A stretch of 64,000 bases of DNA from positions 2,669-66,668 of the forward strand of contig WAKC01000001.1 of the NCBI GenBank assembly GCA_015523605.1, given 5' to 3'. Below, one piece after another: positions 28,133-40,025 of this stretch. The notes under the pieces are model-generated. The model did not search any database. It saw only the letters and a program-made list of their open reading frames with translations, and had not been told where the DNA came from. The position numbers and the translations under genes were made by a program. This stretch comes from Candidatus Geothermarchaeota archaeon (GTDB lineage Archaea; Thermoproteota; Nitrososphaeria; Geothermarchaeales; JDFR-13). Position 1 is the stretch's first letter. Every line of letters starts with the position of its first letter.

Positions 28133-30586
28133 TCACTCGAGACGCTCCCTCTTCATCAATAGTGCATTTCCAGTAACGGATATTGAGCTTAGAGCCATGG
28201 CCGCACCAGCGTATTCAGGTCTCAATATTATACCCATAGGCGCCAATACACCTGCCGAGATCGGAATTAATATTACGTTATAGATGAATGCCCAGAATAG
28301 ATTGAAGATTATTTTTCTCTTAATCTTCTTACTGATCTTTATAGAGGTGTATACGCCTGATACTGTATTCCTAACTATGATTATGTCGCCCGCCTCCTTT
28401 GCAATATCTGTGCCTCCACCCATGGCGAACCCTACATCGGCTTGTGTGAGGCTTGGTGCGTCGTTTATACCGTCTCCAACCATGGCAACGACCTCACCTC
28501 TCCTCTGTAGCTCTTTAATCTTCTCCGTCTTATCCTCAGGGCTTACCTCCGCAAAGACTTCATCAATACCCAGTTTCTTAGCTATGGCCTTCGCAGTCAC
28601 CCTATGGTCTCCAGTCAACATAATCACTTTATAGCCTTCCCTCCTAAGTTTTTCAACCACCTCTTTAGAATCCTCTCTAAGGGTATCTGCGACGGCGATT
28701 AGCCCGGCTAAAACACCGTCTATAGCTACATAGATAACTGTTTTACCCTCATCCCTAAGACTCTCCACATCCTTCTCAGCCTTGGATACATCTACTTCAA
28801 ACCCCTTCATCAACCTATCATTTCCAAGAACGACGGTCCTACCATCTACCACTGCATATACACCCTGGCCAGGGATATACTCGAAATTCTTAGGCTCTAT
28901 AAGGTCACCGACAGTCTTGGATGCCTTCTCAACTATAGCTACTCCAATAGGATGTTCACTCCCCTTCTCTGCGGAGCCTGCAAGTCTCAGGATATCCTCC
29001 TCTGTAAAGCCATTGTAACATATTACATCCGTGACTTCGGGCTCGCCTTTGGTAAGTGTTCCAGTCTTATCAAAGACTATAGTCGTTAGAGTATCAATCT
29101 TCTCCAAAACCTCGATATTCCTAATTATTATCCCCTTCTCAGCAGCCTTACCAACACCTACTGATACTGCTGTTGGTGTAGCCAATCCTAGGGCACAGGG
29201 ACACGCCACAAGGAGAACAGCTGCGGTAAACATAATGGCTAGGGATAGCTCTACACCTATTATGAAATACCATGTAATGAATGTTACAGTAGCTATAGCC
29301 ATTACTATCCATGTAAAATATCCAGAGATTTTATCCACAAGCTTCTGAATAGGCGGTTTTGCAGACTGTGCATATCTAACTAGCTTTATAATCTGGCTTA
29401 GTACTGTCTCTCTACCAACCCTTGTGGCAATCACCTTGAGATATCCAGATTTTAATATCGTACCTGCAAATACTGGGTCCCTCTCCTTCTTCAGAACAGG
29501 TATAGGTTCACCAGTCAACATGGACTCATCTACATATCCCTGCCCCTCGATGATAATCCCATCGACAGGGATCTTCTCACCAGACTTTATCACCACGGTA
29601 TCTTTGACCCTAACCTCTTCAATAGGTATCTCCATCTCCACGCCATCCCTGATAACCAATGCATTCCTACTCTGTAGCTCCATCAACTTCCTAACGGCCT
29701 CACCAGTCCTAAGCTTCATCTTAACCTCCATATACCGACCTAGGAGGATGAAACCGATTACCACAGCTGCAGCCTCAAAGAATACCTCCTCAGACTCTAT
29801 CAAACCGAAGAAGACTGCAGTACTGAATACATATGCAGCGCCTGTACCCAGTGCTACAAGGGTATCCATATTCGCAGTTCTATTCCTTAGGGCCCTTATA
29901 GCCCCGACATAGAAACGCCTGCCAGCAAAGAATACAACAGGTGTACTTAAGAGGAACCCTATCAAACCATAATATTCTTTGAATGGGAGCGGTATCCCGA
30001 AGACCGGGAGAGTAGTGTATATCATGAGTGGTATTCCGAGGGCTAGACTCAGTATAACCTGCCACCTCAACTTCCTCAATTCCTCTTCAACCACCTTCCT
30101 CTCGATATCCTCAACCTCGGCCTTAGTATCAACCTTCTCGACCTGGAAACCAAGCTCCTCTATCTTCCTCTGCACCTCCTCAAAGGATATAGTCATAGGG
30201 TTGATCGTTACATAGACCGCCTTAGAAACATGGTTAGCCTTTACCTCTATAACACCCGGATTCTTCATCAAGCTATTCTCAATTAGAGACTCATCATCAA
30301 CTGTGGACAAATTCTTTACTATGAACCTACCCTCCTCTTTATAAACATCATATCCAACCTTCCTAATCTCCCTAACAACATCCTTAAGTGATATCTTGAA
30401 GGGGTCATATTCGATGACTGCCTCCTCAGCTGTCAGACTTACTGATACGTCACCAACACCGGGCAATTTCTTAGACGTCTTTTCAATGGTTAATGCACAG
30501 GTGGCACAGTGCATACCAATGATCTTGAGACGCTCCTTCTGCCTAGCTTCTAACTTAGTTTCCGCACTTTTATCTGTCACAACCAT
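28133..30586 (-). CDS. copA: Copper-translocating P1B-type ATPase
   Basis: HMA domain GMHCATCA, TGEP, CPC (ACPCALGLATP), DKTGTLT, SEHP and GDGINDAP. Start set at the ATG at 30586 (MVVTDKS). The 898-aa ORF-track version extends through the divergent promoter. Confidence 0.9.
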   Translation of the reverse strand: MVVTDKSAETKLEARQKERLKIIGMHCATCALTIEKTSKKLPGVGDVSVSLTAEEAVIEYDPFKISLKDVVREIRKVGYDVYKEEGRFIVKNLSTVDDESLIENSLMKNPGVIEVKANHVSKAVYVTINPMTISFEEVQRKIEELGFQVEKVDTKAEVEDIERKVVEEELRKLRWQVILSLALGIPLMIYTTLPVFGIPLPFKEYYGLIGFLLSTPVVFFAGRRFYVGAIRALRNRTANMDTLVALGTGAAYVFSTAVFFGLIESEEVFFEAAAVVIGFILLGRYMEVKMKLRTGEAVRKLMELQSRNALVIRDGVEMEIPIEEVRVKDTVVIKSGEKIPVDGIIIEGQGYVDESMLTGEPIPVLKKERDPVFAGTILKSGYLKVIATRVGRETVLSQIIKLVRYAQSAKPPIQKLVDKISGYFTWIVMAIATVTFITWYFIIGVELSLAIMFTAAVLLVACPCALGLATPTAVSVGVGKAAEKGIIIRNIEVLEKIDTLTTIVFDKTGTLTKGEPEVTDVICYNGFTEEDILRLAGSAEKGSEHPIGVAIVEKASKTVGDLIEPKNFEYIPGQGVYAVVDGRTVVLGNDRLMKGFEVDVSKAEKDVESLRDEGKTVIYVAIDGVLAGLIAVADTLREDSKEVVEKLRREGYKVIMLTGDHRVTAKAIAKKLGIDEVFAEVSPEDKTEKIKELQRRGEVVAMVGDGINDAPSLTQADVGFAMGGGTDIAKEAGDIIIVRNTVSGVYTSIKISKKIKRKIIFNLFWAFIYNVILIPISAGVLAPMGIILRPEYAGAAMALSSISVTGNALLMKRERLE

Positions 30587-30610
30587 CACCAATTTTTTTG
30601 TACCAATACA

Positions 30611-30634
30611 ATTATATTTAAATAGGTATATAAA
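30611..30634. promoter_or_regulatory. Back-to-back TATA-like elements in the copA / regulator divergent intergenic region
   Basis: Palindrome TATTTAAATA (30615-30624) lies about 29 nt from the copA ATG. TATATAAA (30627-30634) lies about 26 nt from the regulator ATG at 30660. This spacing is consistent with leaderless transcripts. Confidence 0.4.
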
Positions 30635-30659
30635 CTTTCTATTAATAGGGGTGTGCCAT

Positions 30660-31196
30660 ATGGGGATTCCACATGTATTTAGAATTGACGAGGTGAAGGC
30701 CCTATCAGATGAGGTTAGAATCACTATATTAGATATGCTTAGTAAGAGGCCCATGAGTGTCCAGGAGATCACTGAGGAGTTGAAGAAGAGAGGGTTTAAC
30801 AAGAGTATAAACGCGGTTAGATACCACATTAAACTGTTGAAGGAGAGTGGATTGATTAACCTTGTTAAGGTGGTTGAGGTTAGAGGTGGAGTCCTAAAGT
30901 ATTATGCAACATCGAAGGATGTATATCTATATGAGGAGCCTAAAAACATCGATGAGCTTCTAAAACCATTCATAGATAGTATAAAAGATGATGTCAAAAG
31001 GATAATTATCAGGGTTTTGGAGGAGAAGCATGACGAGGTTGTAGATACCGCTAAGAATCTAAAGCCATGTCCATACTGCTATACAGAACATTTCGTCGAA
31101 CACATTATCCTAGAGAGTTTCAAGGGAGCCGTTGGAGAAGTCCTTAAAGATGGGGAAGTTAGGGAGTTGATATCTAAATATATCAAGGGGGATTAA
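30660..31196 (+). CDS. ArsR-like winged-helix transcription regulator with a C-terminal Cys/His motif; putative metal-responsive regulator of copA
   Basis: ALSDEVRITILDMLSKRPMSVQEITEELKKRGFNKSINAVRYHIKLLKESGLI is an ArsR-type wHTH. C-terminal KPCPYCYTEHFVEH motif. Divergent from copA. Confidence 0.7.
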   Translation: MGIPHVFRIDEVKALSDEVRITILDMLSKRPMSVQEITEELKKRGFNKSINAVRYHIKLLKESGLINLVKVVEVRGGVLKYYATSKDVYLYEEPKNIDELLKPFIDSIKDDVKRIIIRVLEEKHDEVVDTAKNLKPCPYCYTEHFVEHIILESFKGAVGEVLKDGEVRELISKYIKGD

Positions 31197-31202
31197 CCCC
31201 CC

Positions 31203-32270
31203 TCACTCCACAAAGGATATTACCTGTCTCTTCAATGCCTCTCCACGCTCCAACCGTCTAAATGCCTCATTAATATCTTCTAATCTAATCTTCTCCACAA
31301 GCTTCCAATATTCTATAACCCCATTCCTACCCAACATTCCAAGCTCATACAGATCATTTACACTTCCATACAACACTGTAGTCAATGTAATCTCATTTAT
31401 AACCATCTTATGAATAGGTATCCTAGGCCCCATCCTACTTCCAAGACCTACCAAGACATAGGCACCCGCGGGTGAAACAAGATCCAAATATGTAGATAGA
31501 GTAGCCTCTAGACCAACAAAATCTATAACGACCTTAGGTGCTTCACCACCTAGGAGTGATAACACCTCCCTCCTAGGGTCCACTTTAGAAGCATCGATGA
31601 GAAAGTCATAATCCTCACGTAGGTTTATCAACTCTTCAGCTAGAGATATCTTGGCCGGGTTAATATCGACGGCTACAACAGGATTGGGAAGTAGCTTCCT
31701 AACCGTCTCCAACCCAAATAATCCTGTCCCACCTAAGCCTACAATCAATATATACTCATCTGGATCCAGATATTCCCTAGCCTTCTTAACCGCTCTATAT
31801 GCAGTCAACCCAGCATCGCTAAGTATAGCGGCTGAAACCAGATCATCAATACCGGTCACATCAACTAAGTATCTATAGTGGGGAACGAGCATATACTCCG
31901 CATATCCACCATTGAACATTATTATCCCTCCAGGGGTACGGAGCCCACATATCTGGTCAAGCCCCTTAACCTGATATCTATCCCTCTGCATACAATAGAA
32001 GCTATAGACTAGAACCTCCATACCCTCAGATACATATTGAGAAGCTTCATCACCAGCTTCTACTACAACCCCTGAAACCTCATGGCCAAGTATAAATGGG
32101 AATGTTATTGGGAGTTCATCCTCGAAATCCCCTTTAATAAGGTGTAAATCGCTATGGCATACACCGGATCCATATACTTTAACCAAAACCTCATTACCAC
32201 TTGGTTTGGGGACCTCCACATCCTCAATCCTGAAGGGCTCCCTAAACCCATATAAGACCGCTGCCTTCAC
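31203..32270 (-). CDS. Zinc-dependent alcohol dehydrogenase (MDR family)
   Basis: GVCHSDLH, GHEVSGVV and GLGGTGL (Rossmann) motifs. Confidence 0.8.
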   Translation of the reverse strand: MKAAVLYGFREPFRIEDVEVPKPSGNEVLVKVYGSGVCHSDLHLIKGDFEDELPITFPFILGHEVSGVVVEAGDEASQYVSEGMEVLVYSFYCMQRDRYQVKGLDQICGLRTPGGIIMFNGGYAEYMLVPHYRYLVDVTGIDDLVSAAILSDAGLTAYRAVKKAREYLDPDEYILIVGLGGTGLFGLETVRKLLPNPVVAVDINPAKISLAEELINLREDYDFLIDASKVDPRREVLSLLGGEAPKVVIDFVGLEATLSTYLDLVSPAGAYVLVGLGSRMGPRIPIHKMVINEITLTTVLYGSVNDLYELGMLGRNGVIEYWKLVEKIRLEDINEAFRRLERGEALKRQVISFVE

Positions 32271-32692
32271 TATATCCCAACCTCCTTAGCAATATTAACA
32301 AGTTCTATCGCAGCCTTTGGAAACCTGAGTATAGTTGAGAAGTTCCCCTTGACAAGCCGTATCTTACGTCTAACAAGTGCATTAACAGGATTCATACCCT
32401 TTTTAATAACCTCCATCCAATCATCATAAGAGCCTGTTATAACAAATGGGGCATCCACCGAATCCTTATCATATACAAGTCTAACGCCTAGACACTCTCC
32501 ATCTTTAAGCTCAACATATATACCTACTGACTCCCCATATTTACTCCTCAACTCTTCAGGCAAGTCTTCAACCGTAAAGAGTATAGGCCAGACCCAGCCC
32601 TTGGCACTCCTCCTATACTCCTCAGATTCATTAACCTTCCTACAAAACTCTTCAGCCCATTCAAGAGAAGGGAAGTCAGGCACTCCAACCAC
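32270..32692 (-). CDS. SCP2 (sterol-carrier-like) domain protein
   Basis: 140 aa. The end (MNPVNALVRRKIRLVKGNFSTILRF) resembles an SCP2 C-terminal helix block. 1-nt overlap with the ADH gene. Confidence 0.55.
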   Translation of the reverse strand: MVGVPDFPSLEWAEEFCRKVNESEEYRRSAKGWVWPILFTVEDLPEELRSKYGESVGIYVELKDGECLGVRLVYDKDSVDAPFVITGSYDDWMEVIKKGMNPVNALVRRKIRLVKGNFSTILRFPKAAIELVNIAKEVGI

Positions 32693-32825
32693 CTAAAAAA
32701 TATAATGTATATAGCATAGAATAAAGACTGGGCCCTCAGAGATGATGTTAGATTATGACATGATAAGGCTGTTATATATAGACCTTGATTTATATAAGCT
32801 GTGAATAAAGATGTTTATTAGGTGA

Positions 32826-33146
<321 letters not shown>

Positions 33147-33203
33147 ATACTCTACATCCTCCACCCCATTTTTATTATTTATAGTTATATTGATTCCTAT
33201 CCA

Positions 33204-34139
33204 TCACATTAGCCTCTTAACAATCTCCATATCCACATCATCCTCAGAGAGAGCCTCCAACCACCTATCGAATACCTCCTTAGGAGGCTCCACACCAGCT
33301 AAAAGCCATACCATAGCAATATTACCTATATCACCCCTCCTAGAATCTACAGGTGTCTCTAGAATTAAAGGCTTACTTCGTATAAAATCGTATTCCAGGA
33401 AATATTGAAATCCCTTCTCGCCTATATATCCGAGTCCTATATGTTCATGATGGTCTCTCCCACTTCCAACCTCATGTTTAGAATCGTTTAGATGGATTAC
33501 ATATACATTCTCCCAACCGATTAAACTGTTAAACTCCTCCACAGTCTCCCTCACACCAGACTTTACCTTTAAGTCATAGCCAGCTGAAAATGCATGGGCA
33601 GTGTCAAAGCAGAAACCGATTCTATCCTCCAATCCCGAGAGCTCATCCATAAGCTTCCTTAAATCCTCAAATCTACTGCCCATATTATTCTTCTGACCAG
33701 CCATATTCTCCAGGAGTATACGTACACTATTTTCTACCGACTCGACAGCTTTATAAATAGCTCCGACAAGCCTCTTTTTACCAGACTCGAATCCACTCCC
33801 CATATGACTGCCTAAATGTATAACTAGATATGGAATCTCCAGCTCCTCACACCTTCTAAGCTCATTTATGAAAGTCTCTAGACTCTTCTCATAGATGTCA
33901 TCCTTGGGTGATGAGAGGTTTGGGAGGTAGGGCATATGTGCAACGTTAAATCCTTCAAATCCATACCTTCTTACCTTAGTCTTATATAGAACCTTCTCCT
34001 CCTCTTTAAGGGGGGAGGCTTTCCACCCCCTTGGATTCCTAGTGAATATCTGGAATGAGGTGCATCCTAGTTGATAAGCCCTATCTACACTCTTGTCAAC
34101 GCCTCCAGATATTGATGTATGGACGCCGACCCTCAACAT
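33204..34139 (-). CDS. nfo: Endonuclease IV (AP endonuclease family 2)
   Basis: VGVHTSISGG, FTRNPRGW, HMPYL, HLGSH, CFDTAHAF and HLNDSK metal-ligand blocks. The ATG at 34139 avoids overlap with the PAC2 gene. Confidence 0.85.
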   Translation of the reverse strand: MLRVGVHTSISGGVDKSVDRAYQLGCTSFQIFTRNPRGWKASPLKEEEKVLYKTKVRRYGFEGFNVAHMPYLPNLSSPKDDIYEKSLETFINELRRCEELEIPYLVIHLGSHMGSGFESGKKRLVGAIYKAVESVENSVRILLENMAGQKNNMGSRFEDLRKLMDELSGLEDRIGFCFDTAHAFSAGYDLKVKSGVRETVEEFNSLIGWENVYVIHLNDSKHEVGSGRDHHEHIGLGYIGEKGFQYFLEYDFIRSKPLILETPVDSRRGDIGNIAMVWLLAGVEPPKEVFDRWLEALSEDDVDMEIVKRLM

Positions 34140-34149
34140 ATCTATCACC

Positions 34150-34899
34150 CTATGAGATATATCCCAAGCCTTTATCACTCTTCTCCGGAGCCTTCTTCAT
34201 ATATTTAAGATATTCACGGTGGAAGAGGTTTGCCCTCTCCTCCAACTCCCTAAGATCAAGTTCAATCTTCAAGATTTTAGCTAGAACCTTAAGAAGGGCA
34301 TATGGGGCTATCACATCCTGGGATGTCCTTAGAAATGTCTCGGCCATCAACACCGCCCCTTTATAACCATATTGCTTGGCATAGCCTATAATTAGGCCAT
34401 TCATACCGGATATTACACCTTCACCCTCCATAGGTATCACTCCATACGCTACCAACTCATTTAGAAATTGTCTCGTTGTTGCGACTCCGTATATGGAGAC
34501 GTCATATTTGTAATACTCTATTGGAGTAGCTGCGAGTGTGAATATAGCAGCTACATCATATCCCTCCAAAGCCTTTACAACAGCCTTCGACATGATATGC
34601 TGCCACTCAGCACTTATAGGCTGGACATTACCGGTAAACAGGAGGAGATTCTTACCGTCTTTCTCGGCATAGTAAAATGAGAATATCTCTGGAGGGATAT
34701 CGTCAATTATCCCGTTAAGAGTAGAAACTGCAGGAGGATTGAGGAAATCACTCTCTATACTACTCACCTTATCCACATTTAATGTCTTAATTAAATGGTC
34801 TACAGCCTGTTTTCCCGAGAGCCCCATACCTGGGAGGCCAGCCACTACATACAAACCTCTTATATCTCTATCTAACTCTAAGTTTATCTTTACCTCCAT
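34150..34899 (-). CDS. PAC2-family (proteasome assembly chaperone-like) protein
   Basis: The N-terminal VVAGLPGMGLSGKQAVDHLI block is typical of archaeal PAC2/DUF75 proteins. Confidence 0.65.
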   Translation of the reverse strand: MEVKINLELDRDIRGLYVVAGLPGMGLSGKQAVDHLIKTLNVDKVSSIESDFLNPPAVSTLNGIIDDIPPEIFSFYYAEKDGKNLLLFTGNVQPISAEWQHIMSKAVVKALEGYDVAAIFTLAATPIEYYKYDVSIYGVATTRQFLNELVAYGVIPMEGEGVISGMNGLIIGYAKQYGYKGAVLMAETFLRTSQDVIAPYALLKVLAKILKIELDLRELEERANLFHREYLKYMKKAPEKSDKGLGYIS

Positions 34900-34969
34900 A
34901 CCACATCAAATCAAATATATAGAGCTGATGAAGAATAAAATGAGAGATATGGAATGTTTAAAAATGTGG

Positions 34970-36469
34970 TTAGAAGAGGGTCTGGAATAGACTTTCTAGG
35001 AAGGATGCCGCTGCATAGGCTGGTTCATAGATGAGGTTTGGATAGAGACCAAATGCTAGGAGTAGTATACCTATCATCAGGAGTGAAGAACCTAGGTATG
35101 GTGGTAGAGGCTTACTCTTCTTCAGCTCTTCACTAGGTTCTGAGAAGAATAGCCTCTGGAATAGCCATATATAATATATAACTGCGAATACACTGTTTAT
35201 CACACCAAAGAATGCCAGTAGAAGTTCTCCTGCCTCCACAGCAGAGAATATGAGGAGCCATTTACTCCAGAACCCCGGAAGTGGTGGGAGGCCGCCCAAA
35301 CTAAATAATGCCAGCATGAGGACGCCAGCCACACTTGGATATAACTTTCCGAAGCCCTCTAGCTTTGAGATACTACGGGTATGGATGAGATATAAGATTC
35401 CACCCACTGCAAGGAATGCAGCTCCCTTACCTAGGGCATGCGTAAACACATGTGCAAAGGCGGAGGCCAAACCAATATCTACATAGCCTTTAACGGCTAC
35501 CGTATATCCAATCAATATAAACCCTATATTCGCAATACTACTATACGCCAATAGCCTCTTAATATCATCCTGCATGAGAGCCATGAGATTAGCAACTGTC
35601 AAAGTTAAGAGTGTTATAGCCAGGAATACTGGATAGAATATCCTACTCTCTACTAGGAAGAAGGGTAGTGCAAATTTAGCTAGACCGAGTATACCGGCCT
35701 TTATAACGATACCAGATAACAATGCACTTATTGGACTTGGTGCAGCTGGATGCGCATCTGGAAGCCATGTCCATAATGGGAAATACGCGGCTTTCACACC
35801 AAATCCGATCATGAATAGACTTGCTGCAAAGAGAACTGGATATATGGACTGTCCACCCACTCCTCCCAAGAAGGAGAGGATACTATCGATGGTTAATGCA
35901 CCTGCCAATCCATATACAAAGCTGATTCCATAAAGCAATATGAGGCTGGCGACACCACTTATAACTATGTATTTAACGGCCGCCTCAAGAGGCTCGTCTA
36001 GATGGTATCTAAAGCCGACCAATACATAGCTACTTATTGCCATTGCCTCCCAGAATACGAAGAATGTGAAAAGATCGTCTGCAACAGTAATACCTATTAA
36101 TCCGAATAGCATAACACCGACTAATACATAATAGTTACTTAGATTCCTATCCTCCTCCATATAGTTAATGGAATGTAGATATGTTGGCAGAGCCAATATA
36201 GAGAATACTAGTATAAAGAATTTGCTGAAGTCGTTAAGAGCTAGTTTAGAGCTTCCAGGTATATCCATCAACGTCAATTCAAAGTTATTCGTCCATACAA
36301 AGTCTTGAAGGATATAGATTATAAGTATGATATATCCTATGAAACCGACGAAGCCTAGATATCTAAGTTTCTCCCTATCCTTCAGGAAGAATGCTAGTAA
36401 CGTCGTAATTATAGGTACTAACCCTGATATTATCAATACATCAAATATTGGATTCACCAGCTGCATCAT
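34970..36469 (-). CDS. nuoN: NADH-quinone oxidoreductase subunit N
   Basis: 499-aa Mrp-antiporter-like subunit, last in the nuo operon. [19 protein letters not shown] motif. Confidence 0.85.
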   Translation of the reverse strand: MMQLVNPIFDVLIISGLVPIITTLLAFFLKDREKLRYLGFVGFIGYIILIIYILQDFVWTNNFELTLMDIPGSSKLALNDFSKFFILVFSILALPTYLHSINYMEEDRNLSNYYVLVGVMLFGLIGITVADDLFTFFVFWEAMAISSYVLVGFRYHLDEPLEAAVKYIVISGVASLILLYGISFVYGLAGALTIDSILSFLGGVGGQSIYPVLFAASLFMIGFGVKAAYFPLWTWLPDAHPAAPSPISALLSGIVIKAGILGLAKFALPFFLVESRIFYPVFLAITLLTLTVANLMALMQDDIKRLLAYSSIANIGFILIGYTVAVKGYVDIGLASAFAHVFTHALGKGAAFLAVGGILYLIHTRSISKLEGFGKLYPSVAGVLMLALFSLGGLPPLPGFWSKWLLIFSAVEAGELLLAFFGVINSVFAVIYYIWLFQRLFFSEPSEELKKSKPLPPYLGSSLLMIGILLLAFGLYPNLIYEPAYAAASFLESLFQTLF

Positions 36470-37965
36470 GCCACACCTCCCAAGATCTCAAAGAATTCAT
36501 TCAAACCCGATACGATCGGGTTGAGGACGGGTGATGGATATACACCGAATATAATTGCTAAAGCGGCTAGTGCAATCATAGGTAGTAACATAGACATTGG
36601 AGCCTCCTTAACATCCTCAAGCTCTGCAGGAAGCTTTCTAAAGAAGATATTCCTAATGAAGATCGTCATATACGCAGCGGATATAGCTGTACCTAGTACT
36701 GCAAACAATGTAAATAATACCTTATTGGCTATACCCACGTTATATACACCGCTGAATATCATAAACTCACTTATGAATGCCGCTATACCTGGTAGACCGG
36801 CTATTCCCATAGCCCCGACGATCGCGACAGAAGCTGTAAATGGCATCTTAGATGCTAACCCCCCTAGTTTATCTAGACTCCTTACACCCACTACATGAAT
36901 TAATACACCTGCAACCATGAATAGGAGGGCCTTTAGAAGACCATGGCTAAATACATGCATTATACTACCCTCTAAGGAGATTATATTTGCAGCGGCCAGC
37001 CCCACAAACATATAACCCATCTGGCTTATACTACTATAAGCAAGAAGTCTCTTCACATCCTTCTGGACAAGGGCCATCATACCTCCATAGAATAATGTCA
37101 CCAATCCTAAGACGAGTAGAGAGGTTATGTAAAAATCTGTAAGCCATACCTCACTTGTAAATGGAAGTGTAAATCTTATCAAACCATAGAGGCCAATCTC
37201 TATCATTACACCACTCAAGATAACGCTAATAGGTGTCGGTGCCTCAGCATGTGCCTCTGGAAGCCATCCATGTAATGGGAAGATAGCCATCTTCACTCCA
37301 AACCCTATGAGCATGAGGCCGAGTAATAGCCTCTGAATATCTGCAGGGATAATACCTATCAGTTTGTATAGATTATCCAAGTCAAATGTTAAGCTTCCAA
37401 AGACGTCGAGACTATACATCCCAAGAATACCTATAGCTATAATGAGGAGGACGCTACCTACCTGTGTATATAGGAAGTATTTAAATGCTACGCGCCTCCT
37501 ATCACCATATCCCCATTCCGCGATCATGTAATAGCTCGGCATAAGCATAGCTTCCCAAAAGAAGAAGAATTGAAGTATATTGTAGCTTGCTATGGCACCC
37601 ACCATAGCCGCTGTATACAACATATAGGTTAGGAAGTAGATATGTGGATTCTTAGCATGATCCATATACCCGACGCTATAGATCGCTGAGAACAGAGTTA
37701 CAATCAACACTATAAGTATGAAGATATAGGATATACCGTCTATCACAAATACCGCATTCAGTGAAATAAAGTTCGGTACAGCTGCCCACTCAATGGTCTC
37801 AACATATCTACCGGGAGATGCTGTATAGAGCTGTATAACAAGGAGTAGAGCCAATAGTATCGTCAATGCAGATACATACCCAGCTTTACTACCATATCTC
37901 GCTGCTACTACATATGATACAAAGCCTCCTATTATCAGTAGATACAGGGTTAATAGGAACAACAT
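36466..37965 (-). CDS. nuoM: NADH-quinone oxidoreductase subunit M
   Basis: 499-aa antiporter-like subunit. [19 protein letters not shown] motif. 4-nt overlap with nuoN. Confidence 0.85.
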   Translation of the reverse strand: MLFLLTLYLLIIGGFVSYVVAARYGSKAGYVSALTILLALLLVIQLYTASPGRYVETIEWAAVPNFISLNAVFVIDGISYIFILIVLIVTLFSAIYSVGYMDHAKNPHIYFLTYMLYTAAMVGAIASYNILQFFFFWEAMLMPSYYMIAEWGYGDRRRVAFKYFLYTQVGSVLLIIAIGILGMYSLDVFGSLTFDLDNLYKLIGIIPADIQRLLLGLMLIGFGVKMAIFPLHGWLPEAHAEAPTPISVILSGVMIEIGLYGLIRFTLPFTSEVWLTDFYITSLLVLGLVTLFYGGMMALVQKDVKRLLAYSSISQMGYMFVGLAAANIISLEGSIMHVFSHGLLKALLFMVAGVLIHVVGVRSLDKLGGLASKMPFTASVAIVGAMGIAGLPGIAAFISEFMIFSGVYNVGIANKVLFTLFAVLGTAISAAYMTIFIRNIFFRKLPAELEDVKEAPMSMLLPMIALAALAIIFGVYPSPVLNPIVSGLNEFFEILGGVA

Positions 37966-37966
37966 T

Positions 37967-40021
37967 TTATATCACCACCATGAAGAAGATAGTAATTAAT
38001 ATGAACATCATCAGAAGGTATGACATATTGATCCTGAGTAATCCGGTCTGTAGTTTTCTAACCTGTTCCGAAAACTCTGTATATAGGTATTTCGTCGCCT
38101 CCCCTCCACCATTCGTTTCTATAAAGTTAAATATGAAACTTGATAATGCCCTCGTACCATCGACAAATACTTTGTAGTATAAAGCGTTTATGTACCATCT
38201 ATTATATAGGAATGTCCATAGTGGCTTCAACGGCCCATCTACAAGCTTGAGTAGGTCGGTCCTTCCAACCATGTAGATATAGTAAGAAGGTATTATACCT
38301 ATAGCCACTAACACCATCGCCACTCCGAATAAGGGGCTTAATACAGTCTTAATTAGGAAGTCGGGGAACTTGAATAGAACAACCTCTTTAAAGACCAGGT
38401 CTTCTATATTTAGGAACTTGAATAACGGCTTGAAATATCCAGCTAAGAATGGGAGTAATAGTCCAGATACTATGGATCCGGCTGCAAGTATAAATAGGGG
38501 TATCTTCATGAGAGGCCCTGGATCATGTGGCGGATGTCCATGCTCTATAAGATGCTTGACATTCTCACTCTCTTCACCATAGAACGCGAGTCCAATCATC
38601 CTAAATGTATAGAACGCAGTTAATATGGCTGATAAGGCTAGTAGGAGATATACCCAGAAAGGCCCCTCTGCATAGGCTGCATGGAGAATCGCGTCTTTAC
38701 TCCAGAATCCATTGAAGGGAGGTATTCCAGCGAGTGATAAGGCACCTATCATCATTAACGAGAATGTGACTGGCATATACTTCCTTAGACCACCCATATC
38801 CTTGAATAGATAACTCTCAACCGCATGACCAACCGCTCCAGCTCCTAGGAATAGAAGGGCCTTGAAAATCGCATGGCTACTTAGATGGAAGACACCAGTT
38901 AGATATGCATCTACAAATGCCTCAGGATGTTCAATCAATAAACCTGCTATTCCAAAGGCTGCGAACATATAGCCGAGCTGACTTACAGTCGAATATGCCA
39001 AGACCTTCTTTATCTGATCCGATACCATACCCTGTGAAGCAGCTAGAAACGCTGTAAACGCACCTACAAACGCCACTACTATATAGAAGGTCTGCAACTC
39101 ACTCCATATGTTTATACCTATCTCCTCTAACCCCCAATAGACGTTATAGAGTATCCCTGTTATCCTACCTAGGAAATATACTCCAGCCTTAACCATAGTC
39201 GCCGCATGTATCAATGCACTAACAGTGGTAGGGCCTGCCATAGCCTCTGGAAGCCATTCATGTAGTGGAAACTGTGCCGACTTACCTATAGGTCCTAAAA
39301 GGGCTAGGAGCAGAGTAACTGCTAAGACTCCCTCTCTAGCCAAGACCATGGCCCACTCAGGATTATTACTTAATTCCATAAAGTTGAGTGTACCTGATGA
39401 TATGAAGATTATCACGATCGCTGTTAACAGACCCACATCTCCAATCCTGGTTGTTATAAAGGCCTTCATACCAGCATGGGTAGGTGGATATGGACCTATC
39501 CAATACTTCTTCTCATCCTTATAGTAATATCCTATCAAGCCATAGCTGGCGAATCCAACACCCTCCCAACCGAAGAATAGGGTTAGAAAGCTATCTCCCA
39601 AGACAAGGAGCTGCATAGAACCTATGAATATATTCATTAGAATCCAATATCTAAGGATTGACTTGTCTCCATGCATATACTCAACTGAATATATCAGGAT
39701 TAAGGAGCCTATCAAAGACACTACATTAGCCATGAATAGGCTTAGGGGATCGAGTAAGACACCAAATGTTATGTTATATCCGTCAATAGGTATCCATTTC
39801 AACATTACAAGGTCATACGGAATCTTTAAACTACTTCCTCCAAAAGATATAACACCGTCCATCGCATCTACTCCAAGCGTTAGAGAGGCTAATGCGGATA
39901 TCAAACCACCGGATACAGCTACAGCATCCCTAACCCTATCCCCAACCTTATTAGCCAATGGGAGTAGGAATACTATTATGAATGGAGCCATCCAGATTAG
40001 ATTCGCCAAGACATCAATCAT
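37967..40021 (-). CDS. nuoL: NADH-quinone oxidoreductase subunit L
   Basis: 684 aa, the longest antiporter-like subunit, with a C-terminal extension. [22 protein letters not shown] motif. Confidence 0.9.
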   Translation of the reverse strand: MIDVLANLIWMAPFIIVFLLPLANKVGDRVRDAVAVSGGLISALASLTLGVDAMDGVISFGGSSLKIPYDLVMLKWIPIDGYNITFGVLLDPLSLFMANVVSLIGSLILIYSVEYMHGDKSILRYWILMNIFIGSMQLLVLGDSFLTLFFGWEGVGFASYGLIGYYYKDEKKYWIGPYPPTHAGMKAFITTRIGDVGLLTAIVIIFISSGTLNFMELSNNPEWAMVLAREGVLAVTLLLALLGPIGKSAQFPLHEWLPEAMAGPTTVSALIHAATMVKAGVYFLGRITGILYNVYWGLEEIGINIWSELQTFYIVVAFVGAFTAFLAASQGMVSDQIKKVLAYSTVSQLGYMFAAFGIAGLLIEHPEAFVDAYLTGVFHLSSHAIFKALLFLGAGAVGHAVESYLFKDMGGLRKYMPVTFSLMMIGALSLAGIPPFNGFWSKDAILHAAYAEGPFWVYLLLALSAILTAFYTFRMIGLAFYGEESENVKHLIEHGHPPHDPGPLMKIPLFILAAGSIVSGLLLPFLAGYFKPLFKFLNIEDLVFKEVVLFKFPDFLIKTVLSPLFGVAMVLVAIGIIPSYYIYMVGRTDLLKLVDGPLKPLWTFLYNRWYINALYYKVFVDGTRALSSFIFNFIETNGGGEATKYLYTEFSEQVRKLQTGLLRINMSYLLMMFILITIFFMVVI

Positions 40022-40025
40022 ATAC

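Noticed and set aside
30587-30829. 81-codon N-terminal extension of copA in the 898-aa ORF-track entry, and the corresponding 88-codon extension of the regulator ORF (30396-30659)
   Set aside because: Each extension runs through the other gene and through the TATA-rich intergenic region. They encode hydrophobic low-complexity sequence with no HMA or HTH features. Internal ATGs at 30586 and 30660 sit at leaderless distance from TATA boxes.
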